Positions 54,629-64,000 of a DNA stretch of 64,000 nt are shown in pieces. The notes below the pieces were generated by a model. It saw nothing but the letters and a program-made list of their open reading frames with translations, had not been told where the DNA came from and searched no databases. This stretch comes from Prasinococcaceae sp. CCMP 1430. Taxonomy: Eukaryota > Plantae > Prasinodermophyta. Within the stretch, counting starts at the first letter, position 1; each line of letters opens with the position of its first letter. The stretch is taken from NCBI GenBank assembly GCA_013416795.1, contig RQSC01000007.1:178490-242489 (forward strand), written 5' to 3'. Position numbers and translations under genes: made by a program.

Positions 54629-55824
54629 ATGATGGCGGACGCCTCCGGCGACCCGTCGATTGCGCAGGCCGTCGCGGACATGCGCAGCGACACGGTCACC
54701 AAGCCGACGCGCGCCATGCGCGAGGCGATGCTCAACGCGACGGTCGGGGATGACGTGCTCGGCGATGACCCGACTGTGATGGAGCTCGAGGCTCAGGCGG
54801 CCAAATGGCTCGGTAAAGAGGCGGCGCTCTTCACGACGAGCGGTACGCAGGTGCGTTGGTCGTGGGCGCGGCCGCTGCCGTGCCGAGCGTGCGCGATGAC
54901 TCGCGCGCAAACAAGCTGACAGCCACCACTCACACCCACCCTCGGTGGAAACAGGCGAACCTGTGCGCCGTCATGGTGCACTGCGCACAGCGCGGCTGCG
55001 AGGTCATCCTTGGCTGCGACTCGCACATATGCATCTATGAGGGCGGCGGCATCGCCAACGTGGCGGGCGCGCACCCGCGCCAGCTCCCAAACAACGCCGA
55101 TGGCACCATCGATCTCGACGCCGTTGAGGCAGCCATACGGCCGAACGACGTGCACTTCCCGCGCACGGCGCTGCTGTGCATCGAAAACACGCACAATCGC
55201 CGCGGCGGCGTGGCTCTGCCCGTTGAATACATGGATGCGGCAGGCGCGCTGTGCAAGCGGCGCGGCCTCAGACTGCACGTCGACGGCGCTCGCCTGCCCA
55301 ACGCATGCGTAAAGATGGGCGTCAGCGCCGCGCGCATGGTGCAGGCGGCCGACTCGGTGTCGCTGTGCCTGTCTAAAGGCCTGGGCGCGCCCGCGGGATC
55401 AGTTCTCGCCGGCAGCAAGGCTTTCATCGCTGAGGCGCGCCGTGCGAGGAAGGCTCTCGGAGGGGGGCTGCGCCAGGTGGGCGTGCTCGCCGCGCCTGCT
55501 TTGCTGGCGCTCACCACGATGTGGAATAGGCTCGAGGAGGACCATGCGCGTCTGGTGGGTCTGCACGCCAAACTAGCGACAGTGAAAGCCCTCGATGTGC
55601 CGCCCATGCCACCGACGGCCACCAACATGCTCTACGTCGGCACGCGCGCGCTTGACGCGAAAGCAATCTGTCAATTACTGGAGAGCGAGCACGGCGTGCG
55701 CGTGCTACCGGTGGGCCCGCATGAGATCCGGTTGGTGTGCAACTACATGGTGACTGACGAGCACGTCGAGGACCTACACACCAAGTTCGCAGCGGCTGCC
55801 GAGGCTGTCGCCAGTCCAGTGTAA
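54629..55824 (+). CDS. THA1: low-specificity L-threonine aldolase (PLP)
   Basis: Exons 54629-54850 and 54955-55824. [72 protein letters not shown]. Confidence 0.95.
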
Positions 55825-55888
55825 TGTTTGAATGCTATTATGAGTGTCGCGCGGCGCAGCGTCGGCACAGGCGCCTCGTAGTATTTCT

Positions 55889-56650
55889 TCAACCGACGAG
55901 ACCGGTGTCCCACCACGGCGCCTTGGGCGTCGGCCACACCTTCTCCGAGTCGAGGTCGACGTCTATGGGCTCGTCGAAGATGGCCAGGAACTCATCGAGT
56001 GTGGGCGCATCATCGCCCGCAAGCAGACCGAGGAGCTGCTCGCCGCCCGCGGGCAGCAGATCGGGACGCTTGCCCTTGAGGTTAGCGAGTAGCCCCCGCG
56101 CGTCGGTCTCGGATACGGTGCTCAGGTGCCCCCCCAGCTTGAGCATGGCAAGGTTGGTGGAGCTTGCGAGGTCAACAGCCGCCCTCGCATCGTCGGGCGT
56201 GATGGCATCGCCGACACCGCCGCTGACATACGCTGCGCGCCAGCCGGCGAAGGCGCGCGAAGGCACATCCTCAGTGAAGGCAATGATCCGCGCCTCGCGT
56301 AGCAGCGACTCTTCGCAAGGTGTGCTCGTCAGTCCCCGCACCGCCGCCATCAACTGGCGCGTCGGCGCCTCCACCATGTGCACGCACACCGTCTGAAACA
56401 CGAGCAGCATGCCCGTGGCGCCCACTTGGTCCGCCGCCCCGTCGGCGCCGCCCACGGTGGTGGCGTTTCCACTCTCTGAGAGCACGCGCTCGCACATCGA
56501 CGCCATCTCATCCGCGCGCAACAGTTTGTCGGACGTGCGCCCCACGTACACGAGGCGGCTCACCATGGCCGCGCCGCCACCCTCGGCCATTCGCTCCTGC
56601 ACAACATCGAGCAGCGTCGTGCGCGGGGCCACGGCGGTGGCGTCCTCCAT
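55889..56650 (-). CDS. TEX47: TEX47/C7orf62 (DYBLUP/MOT7-like) BLUF-fold ciliary protein
   Basis: TTLLDVVQER, SRLVYVG, TGMLLVFQTVCVHMVEA, RIIAFTEDVPSRAF.GW, FLAIFDEPIDVDLDSEKVWP resemble the TEX47 family. Confidence 0.72.
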   Translation of the reverse strand: MEDATAVAPRTTLLDVVQERMAEGGGAAMVSRLVYVGRTSDKLLRADEMASMCERVLSESGNATTVGGADGAADQVGATGMLLVFQTVCVHMVEAPTRQLMAAVRGLTSTPCEESLLREARIIAFTEDVPSRAFAGWRAAYVSGGVGDAITPDDARAAVDLASSTNLAMLKLGGHLSTVSETDARGLLANLKGKRPDLLPAGGEQLLGLLAGDDAPTLDEFLAIFDEPIDVDLDSEKVWPTPKAPWWDTGLVG

Positions 56651-56920
56651 CTCGGCCAGCGGCCACGCGAGGAGGTGCGGCACGCCGGGCGCCTCCTCCC
56701 CCGGCGCGGGCGGCGCGGCAGCGGCTCCCTAAACCCCCCACCCCCACACAACGGCGCGGCCCTCACCGGTGCGAGTGCCCCAAAAGCGGCGCGGCCGATG
56801 GCAAACCAAATGCGAGCCGCTCCCCGTTTGCCGCGCCCGCGAAAGCCTGCGGAGAGCTTTGATGTTGATGAGCAGCACTACCCGAGCATTCGTGACCCAA
56901 AACCTCAATTGGCGCGAAAT

Positions 56921-56943
56921 CCCTAACCCTAACCCTAACCCAC
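56921..56943 (+). repeat. short interstitial (CCCTAA)3 telomere-type repeat
   Basis: ccctaaccctaaccctaaccc read directly. Confidence 0.85.
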
Positions 56944-57342
56944 GCATCGCTCGCTCGCGAGCGCACCCCCGAGGGGCGCTCGAAGCGGCGACAGCGGGGG
57001 TTGGGGGACCGTGCTCGCGCGCGCCCAGGGCACCCCTGGCTCGGCGCCGCGCCCGCCACCCCGAAACACGAGGGTGACGAGCGCGGACTTCCTCGAGCTC
57101 CTCGACGCGATCGGCCCCAAGGGTGAGTGAGGCAGCACGTAGCGGCTGTCGCGGCGGGGCTGGGCCGACGTGCGCGAGCGCATCCTACCGCGTTGCTCTG
57201 GACTCACGAGCTCAAAATTGTATGTTGATTCATTAGCAAAAAGACACAATGTTTGTGTGGCCCGTGGTTGACCTGTTTGTGTTTGAGTGCGCGTTCCTGG
57301 CACTTGAGGGCGAGCGGAACCTCAGCTGCCCAGCGCCGCCGC

Positions 57343-58843
57343 CTACTGCAGCTCACCGGCCGCGCGATTGAGAACGGCGCCGGCGTGGTTGAGGATGAGG
57401 TTGAAGAAGGTCGGCGCGAGCTTGCTGTTCCTGACCTGCCTGAGCGAGATGCCGCGCTCGGGATCCTTGGCCTGCACCATGTCGTGCAGCTGGCACAGCA
57501 AGTCGTCGAAGCCGACGAGCGCACCAGGCGGTGCATCCGTGTCGTCGATGGTGTCGTAGAACTGGCGCAGGTCGCAGCGCCCGAGGTATCCATCCTCGTC
57601 GACATCAACGACGCGGAACCAGAACGCCACAGCCTCCGAGGTGGCCTTGTACTCGCTGTGGCGCACGAGCCCAAGGAAATCGTCGATGCACACGCGCCCG
57701 TACTTCCTGCTCTGAAAATTCCAGCACTGCAGAACGCGGTCAAGCACCCACGGATCGAGCTGCGCGAACGTCTCGTACCGACGCAGCTCCGCGGGCCCGA
57801 TCAGTCCATCGTGGTCGTCATCGAGCAGGCAGAAGTGGTACCGCGCGGCATAAGCGCGCTTCTGCGAGTCGCACTCGCTTAGCGCGCCCTCCAGCAACTC
57901 GAAGTCGCGCTGCAGCGCCGCCGATCGCTCGCGCTCGCGGTCGAGCTGCATCTGCATCGATCCCTCGCGGCGCGCAGCCATCGCCATATACGCCCCCGCC
58001 TGCACTGTATTTGACCACAGCGCCGTGCCGGCCTCGCCCTCGCCGTCCTCTGCGCTAGCCTCGGGGACGTCGTCATCTTCAGGGTCAGGGACGCCTGCGC
58101 TCCCCTCATTGCCCTCGAAGACCCCTGCATCCATCGCGACGTCTGAGCTCAGCTGCTCCATGACCTCATCCACCTCGACGTCCGCAGCAGACTCCGCAAC
58201 CTCCTTCGCAGGGGGCTGCGAGGACACCGGAGATGACTGGCCCTTCAGCTCTGCGCGCTCGGGCCGCCCTGGCCGCTCGCTCGGCAATGCGTGCTCCACG
58301 TGGTCCATCGGGGGGGGCGCCCCTCTAGGCTCCTGGTCGCTGTGCTGCGTGCCCTCTATTGGTCCCGCCCATCGCTCCCCCGCAGGCTGTCCGCGTCCGG
58401 CCTCCGCCTCAGACACGCCCACAGGCGCAGCAGCCTCAGCGCCGATGCCGTGCAGCTTTGCCAGGATAGCGAGCTCATCCTCCGCTTTTGTGGCGCGCGC
58501 GTCCGCATCTGCCTCGGCGTCCGTGAGGAGCTGCACCTCTTCCTGCAGCAATCTGATGCGCTCTGTCAGCATGGCGACCGCGTTGTCCTTCTGTGCGCAG
58601 TGCACCAGGAGCACCTGGATGGCCTCGTCTTTCTTGGAGCACTCGCGCGCGAGCACGCTGACTTTGTCACGCAGGGTGCGCGTCGCAGTGCCAGCCGCGT
58701 ACGCCGTCGAGGACGGGCTCGACCACACGCGATGCTGCAACGTGCCCGTCTCGTCGGCTTGCAGCAGCAGCTGCTGCTCCTCCTCGTCCTGCTGCCGCTG
58801 CTTGTGCTGCTGCTGCTGCTGCCGCTTATGCTGCTGTCGCTTG

Positions 58844-58874
<31 letters not shown>

Positions 58875-59740
58875 GCGGATGCCCCGCACGCTCCCTCGAG
58901 CCCGCGCTGCTGGCACGCCGCCTGCGCGGACGTGCCACGCTGGGGGACGGTGCGGGCATCCCCTCGGAGGGCGCACTCTGCGGACTCTGTGCACCCCCCC
59001 TTGCGCGTTGGTGCTGTTCCCCAGGGTTGCTGCTGCCGCGCACCGCGCGATCGAGCCCGCGCGCCGACGCCGACAGAGCTTGCCGGTATGGGTTGGTGCG
59101 TTTCGAGTGCGGCCTCTTCGGCGAGTGCGGCCGCTTCGGCGGCGGCGCCGGCTGCCTGCCAAGCTTGCTGCCTGCTGCTGCGCCCCCCGCGAGCGTGAAG
59201 TGCTGCTCGCGCTGGCGCTCCTGCGCCTGCGCGTCGACCTGCGCGTGCGTTTCCTCCGCCCCCGTCGCCTTGCTGTGCGCGTGCGCGTGCGCACCGGCGC
59301 CTGCGATTGCGCGCTGCGGGTGCGCGACGATTCTCCTCCGGAAGCCCCCCGCAAGCGCGCCGCGATGCGCGTGCGCGCTCGCGTCGGCGTCGCCCTCACC
59401 CGGGTCCTTTCCCTGCAGAGCCTCCTTGGCGCCCGCGCGCCCCGCCGCGTGGTCTCCTGCCAGCGCGCCGCCGTGCCCGTCCGCCACGCGCCGCGCGAAT
59501 CCCGGCGGCCCGCTGAGCTCGACGGCGCCTACCGCGCCGCCCGCCCCCGCCTCTCCAGCGCATTGAAGCCATCGTCGTCTGCTGTGTTCATGAGAAGCGC
59601 CGTCTGCTGCAGCGCGTGGCGCGCTCGCTGCGCGACACGGTGGAGACCGCTCGCCCGCTGCCGCAACCCTCGCCGCCTGCAGCGGCTGCTGCGCCTGCGC
59701 GCGTGGCGTCTGAATTGGCGCGCGAACAAATCTTTTTCAT
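57343..59740 (-). CDS. polyQ/coiled-coil protein with C-terminal PP2A B''-type EF-hand module
   Basis: Frame open 59736-57343; ATG at 59740 is one base off, with an A5 run after it. C-terminal LDDDHDGLI..FWFRVVDVDEDGYL..FDDLLCQLHDMV..SKLAPTFFNLILN resembles PP2A B'' (PPP2R3). Confidence 0.72.
58790..58873 (-). repeat. interrupted (CAG)n encoding polyglutamine
   Basis: CTG runs on the plus strand; translation RQQQQQQQQHKRQQHKRQQQQQHKQRQQ. Confidence 0.9.
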
Positions 59741-60538
59741 AAAAACCCTGCAGCGACACCACCCCGACAGCACAGCCACGGAAGATTTTTCGCCGGCGCG
59801 GTGCCAGAAGGGGGGGAAGAGGCCCGCGCTATCCTCGCTCGGCCGCGGCCCGGGCCGAGGGGATTGTGTTTGGTTTCTCCCCGGCCGGGCCCCGCCCCGC
59901 CCGAGCCGCCAGAGAGCCGCCGAGAGCCGCCGTTTTAGGCGCGTTTGCCGCCTGGCTGCCCGCTCGAAATACGGGCGGGCGCACAGCGTGGCGCCAGCGT
60001 GGCGCGCGGGTGTTCCCCCTCTGCCCAGGGCCCCGGCAGGGGAGGGGGGTGGCCGGCCGGCGAGGGGGACCCACACCAGTCCCGAGATCCCATCGAGGTT
60101 GGCTCAACTCACGCGGACAGTCAGTCCTCTTTGCCGCATGAAACTCATCTTTCATCGCGAAGGTTTTCTTTCACTCTGATGAACGCACACATGCATCATG
60201 AGAACAAGGCGGAGGACTTGATTGACCCGGTGGGGGAACTTTGGAGTTGGGAATCGGTCGTGTTGGGTTCCTCCTCGACCAGCCAGAGTTCCCCCGCGCG
60301 CGCGCGCGCGAGCGTGCGTGCGTGCGCGTGCCATGCGCCATGGTTGGTTGGGCGGGTCGCACGCCGCATGGCGCGGGTCGGTCGGTCGCCCCCTCGCCCT
60401 CCCCTGGCTGGCCGGCTGGCTGGCCAGGGAACGCATGGGGGATTGCCGTCGCGCGCGGCCGCGGCGTCGCGCGCGCGCTTTCGAACGGCGCGGCGCGGCG
60501 CGGGCGCGGGGGGTGCCACTCCCCGCGCCACTCCGTGC

Positions 60539-61195
60539 ATGAGGAGCCGGCGCGAGCTGCCGGGGCACGGCATGGCCCGCTCGAGGCAGACCGCGCCGCC
60601 GCAGCAGCTGCCGCGGATGCTGCCCCTGGCGCTCTTCGTGGGGCTGCTGTGCGGTGCGTTCGCCCCCGCACGCGCGGAGGCGCCTGCCGCGTCGCGCTTC
60701 CCGCGGCGCTTCCGCGCGGCCGAGTGCTCGCTCTTTGGCAGGTCGGCGTCGAGCGCGTGCGCGCTGGACAGCACGCTGGGCTCGGACGGCAACGACAGGC
60801 TGCTGGTTTCGCACGGGGAGACCAACTGCACGGTCGTGCTGCGCGGCTGCCACAAGCTGTGCTACGCTGCGCTCGACGCAGCGACCGCGCTGGCGCCCGC
60901 GCCTGACGCCGGGCCCGCCCCTGCCGCGGGGCCCGGGGGCCGCGCGCCGCCGCTGTCGTTCTTCTCGAACATTGAGGTGGTCAGGGGGGGCACTCTGCGC
61001 GCGTGGACCTCGCAGGGCTTCTCGGTTGACGCAGACGGCGGGACAGACGTCGTCCTGCGCTACAGCACGATCACCTGCGGGGCGTTTCAAAACGCGCGGG
61101 GGCGCATCGAGGCCCCGCAGTGCAGCGCGCCCAAGGGCGCTCTCACGAGGCTCGAGCACGGGCTCTTTCCAGCGCTCGGCGAACTGTGTCCCTAA
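60539..61195 (+). CDS. hypothetical secreted Cys-containing protein
   Basis: Candidate ATGs at 60539, 60572 and 60617; signal-like LPLALFVGLLCGAFAPARA; several Cys; GC3-biased codons; TGTAA at ~61246. No family recognised. Confidence 0.55.
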   Translation: MRSRRELPGHGMARSRQTAPPQQLPRMLPLALFVGLLCGAFAPARAEAPAASRFPRRFRAAECSLFGRSASSACALDSTLGSDGNDRLLVSHGETNCTVVLRGCHKLCYAALDAATALAPAPDAGPAPAAGPGGRAPPLSFFSNIEVVRGGTLRAWTSQGFSVDADGGTDVVLRYSTITCGAFQNARGRIEAPQCSAPKGALTRLEHGLFPALGELCP

Positions 61196-61464
61196 CTTGA
61201 CGCGTTCCGATGCGCACTCGGATGCGCGGCGTGTACATTCCCACTGTAAATTGCGAGCTACGTCCACCACGCGCGCAGAGCCCCGTCGGGGGACACGGCA
61301 AGGGCGCCCACGCAGAAGGCTCGCCAACTGCGCGGAGCGCGCGGGGCGGGCGACCTTCGAGCGGAGCCCCGCGTGTGCAAACAGGAGTCATTGTACAGGC
61401 GCGCGCGTGTGCTACGAGCGCATATGCTACGAGCTGGCTATCCGCGGTCCAGAGGCGACAGCGT

Positions 61465-62469
61465 TCACTTCAGCGAAAGAATCAGGAGGGTCACGAAGCC
61501 CGCCAGCAGCAGGATGCAAAAGCACATGGTCTTGTTCCTGAAGGACTTCTGGCTTTTGGCGGCCTTGATGAGTTGCTCCTCCGCTCCCTCAGTGTGCGCG
61601 CGTGTGTCGACGATGTTACTCTCGATATCCTCGATCATCGTGCCTTGTTCATTCACCAGCGTGGCGAGGTCAGTGAAGATCTCGTTGACCTCTCCGATTT
61701 GCTGCGCGATGTCCTGGATGCCTTCCTCGCGCTCATCGAGCATCGCCGTGTTGAACTCGAGCTGCTGTTCCACCCGTTGTCGCTCGGCCTCGCGTGCCGC
61801 TTCCAGGAGCGGGTCGCTCTCCCGCGCGGCGCTCGTGCCGAAGGGGTCACTGCTGCCACCGCCGCCCGCCACCCCAGCCCCGCCGACCGCCTTCTCCTCC
61901 TGCGGCTCGTAGCTGCTAATCGCCGTCGCATACCTCGCAGCCGAGCGCTCGAACTCCTTTAGCACGCTCTGAAAGTCTGCGACGAGCTTTGTGCGCGCTA
62001 CCTTATCTGCGCGCGAGAGCGACTCCGCCGGCACCGAGCCTGCGAGCGACTTGAGGCGCTCCTTCGTGCCCTGTGCATTCGACGAGATTTCGCGTCGCTG
62101 TTTCTCGCTGGGCAGCGCGCACGCCGCGGCAGCGCCGGGTCAGCCTGGCAGGCGCCAAGCGCCGCTCGCCTGGCGCGGCGCTCGGCGCGCGCGGGCCAGC
62201 GCCATCGTCCCATGCACCCGCACGCGCGAGCACGGCGCGGCGCGCGCAGCCACGCACATCTTCTCCCTCAGCTTGCGCGTGTCCTTTGGCGTGCCGACCT
62301 GGTCGACGCTGCGCTTGAACTGGCTCACGGCGGTCGTCGCGCGGAAGACGTCGCGCTGCAGGGCCACCAGCTCCGGGTCGGCGCGGCGGGCCCCCGCCCC
62401 CCCCGCGACTCCCCCAAGCCCCCCCGCGCCCCCGCCTCCGCCCCCCCCGCGCACGTCCGCGAAGCTCAT
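61465..62469 (-). CDS. SYP22: Qa-SNARE syntaxin, SYP2/VAM3/STX7 type
   Basis: Exons 62469-62258 and 62107-61465. VDQVGTPKDTRKLR, TKLVADFQSVLKEF, EREEGIQDIAQQIGEVNEIFTDLATLVNEQGTMIEDIESNI, and a C-terminal TM helix. Confidence 0.93.
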
Positions 62470-62648
62470 GCCTGCCGGCGCGCGCGCGCCCCGCGCGCTG
62501 TGGCGGCGCCGCGCACCACGCGCCGTCCACCCCTCCACGGTGGCGCTTCTGTTCGCCTTCCGAGGGGGCCATGACGTGAAAGTCTACCAAAAAAATATAC
62601 AAACCCTGAGACAAATTACCCCAAATCNGCGCGGGCGCGCCTGCGCGC

Positions 62649-63689
62649 GTGGCGGGGCAGGTCGCGGCCGCGACGCCGAAGCTGGGGGGGCGAGGCTTCG
62701 CCGCGGGCGCTCCGCAGCAGGCGTGCGCGCGATACGTAGCGGGGCCGGGCTCGCAGCGGCACTTCACGCGTGGTTTCGCCTCAGACGCGACCCAGCTGTA
62801 CACAGACGCGCGCGCAGCCGCCCAGCGCAAGCAAAGGCAGGTCGCTGAGCAGTTTTCTGCAGCCAGGAGTAAGCTGCCCCCAGTGCCCAAGCCCGTCACC
62901 CAGGCAGCGCACAATGTTGCGTCGTCCGTGGCGTCGGCAGCGACTGGCGGCGTGCGTGCGAGCCGCGAGGCGGTGGGAATTCAACTACAGGCATTCTGGC
63001 AGAGCTACGGCACGTACGTCTCGCTGGCCGGCGCCGGCTTTGGCGTGTATGTCTTGTGGCGGTCCATGTACGGCGCGGCTGGGTTCTTCGTCGATGTCTC
63101 TGAGACCTTCGCTGAGCTTGGCCTCCTCGGGCTGGCGGTCTCGGTGGGCACATTGGGCATGCTGTACGTGCGGAGCCTGTACACCATCGACCCCGACGCC
63201 GCCTACAGGTTGGCGATGCGCGCGCTCAACGCGCACGCAGGCGCACTCGAGCTGCTCGGCGCACCGGTGGTTGGATCCGAGGCGCGCGCATTCGTGCAGA
63301 CCGGCGGCCACCTGCGCTTGAGCAAGAAGTGGCGCCCCAAGTTCGCGTCGCGCCGATGCCACCTCATTTTCCCGGTGAAGGGCCTTGGGGGCTCGCGCGG
63401 CATTGCCTCTCTGGAGGCCAAGAAGCGCGTGCGCTTCCCGTGGCGGTCGACGATGGAGATCAAGCTGCTCGCTGTCGACGTCCCCAACGCGCCAGGGGGC
63501 AGCCTGGGCCGCATCTACATCGTCGGCGACGACGACGCGTACGACAAGGGCTCGCGCGGAAAGGGGCTGATGGCGGAGCTGCGCGACCCGCTGCTGCAGG
63601 CCATGGCTCGACAAGGCGATGACGAGGCCGAGGATGACCAGGACGATGAGGACGAAGGGGAGGCGACGCGAGCGGGCGATCGCACATAA
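62649..63689 (+). CDS. plant-type TIM21-like mitochondrial inner-membrane protein (start uncertain, near the N at 62628)
   Basis: YTIDPDAAYRLAMRALN..LELLGAPVVG, RCHLIFPVKG..GIASLEAKK..KLLAVDVP..ELRDPLLQAM resemble the Arabidopsis TIM21-like proteins. Confidence 0.8.
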   Translation: MAGQVAAATPKLGGRGFAAGAPQQACARYVAGPGSQRHFTRGFASDATQLYTDARAAAQRKQRQVAEQFSAARSKLPPVPKPVTQAAHNVASSVASAATGGVRASREAVGIQLQAFWQSYGTYVSLAGAGFGVYVLWRSMYGAAGFFVDVSETFAELGLLGLAVSVGTLGMLYVRSLYTIDPDAAYRLAMRALNAHAGALELLGAPVVGSEARAFVQTGGHLRLSKKWRPKFASRRCHLIFPVKGLGGSRGIASLEAKKRVRFPWRSTMEIKLLAVDVPNAPGGSLGRIYIVGDDDAYDKGSRGKGLMAELRDPLLQAMARQGDDEAEDDQDDEDEGEATRAGDRT

Positions 63690-64000
63690 ATTTTCGCGCG
63701 CGAGCTCGCGCGTGCTGAGCGGCGGTAGCTGCCAATGAATATACACATGAAGGTACACGCGGTGCCGAACCGCCCGAGCGCTGGTGGCCACGCGCGCCTG
63801 GCAAAGCAGAGAACCCGCTCCCTCAGCGTGGCGCGTACAGCGCCTGCGCCGGCCCGTGCAGGGCCGAGCGGTCGGCGGCGCTTTCGACGGCATGGGCCAA
63901 CGCGTCAGCCCACGCCGTGGTGGCGATGCTGGGCACACCCGCCAGCACCTGAGGCAGAGTTCGCGGCTTCGGGAAGTTCCGGAACTTGACGTCGTCGCCG

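Noticed and set aside
58025-59566. ORF with poly-Cys runs resembling a metallothionein
   Set aside because: It is the antisense reading of the CAG/polyQ tract of the B''-like gene.
4114-62257. Introner-element (repeated intron) family
   Set aside because: Introns share only donor and branch motifs; I saw no internal sequence similarity between them. An all-vs-all alignment would settle it.
1-64000. tRNA, rRNA, CRISPR arrays, transposons, viral inserts
   Set aside because: No cloverleaf, rRNA, repeat-spacer, transposase/RT or NCLDV hallmark recognised by eye; a tRNAscan/Infernal/RepeatMasker run would confirm.

Overview
Very GC-rich, gene-dense stretch of a eukaryotic nuclear genome, most likely a prasinophyte-type green alga. 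The evidence is plastid-targeted genes, TGTAA poly(A) signals, GTGCG splice donors with GCTGACCC branch points, and a UGA-selenocysteine gene; the species cannot be identified from sequence alone. About 30 protein-coding genes are recognisable, most with 0-3 short introns and many in tight convergent or divergent pairs. They cover housekeeping (ER HSP70, PABP, PSMB2, SEC24, PNPase, PEX10, syntaxin), metabolism (cysteine synthase, TPK, FBPase II, threonine aldolase, PCD, ABA4-like, GT29) and cilia (CDK20/LF2, KIF6, BBS7, LRRC74, TEX47/DYBLUP, KIFBP). The most unusual items are: (1) an aquaporin fused in-frame to a C-terminal pair of EF-hands, with six CACGTG boxes upstream; (2) a selenoprotein T missed by the ORF track (in-frame TGA in CxxU, candidate SECIS with a long apical insert); (3) a PP2A-B''-like EF-hand module attached to a polyQ/coiled-coil N-terminus; (4) a GT29 sialyltransferase-like protein with a Cys-rich stem module. 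There are three N-gaps and several 1-bp frame lesions near gene starts, probably assembly errors. No rRNA, tRNA, CRISPR array or transposon was recognised. All family assignments are by motif recognition from memory, not database searches.
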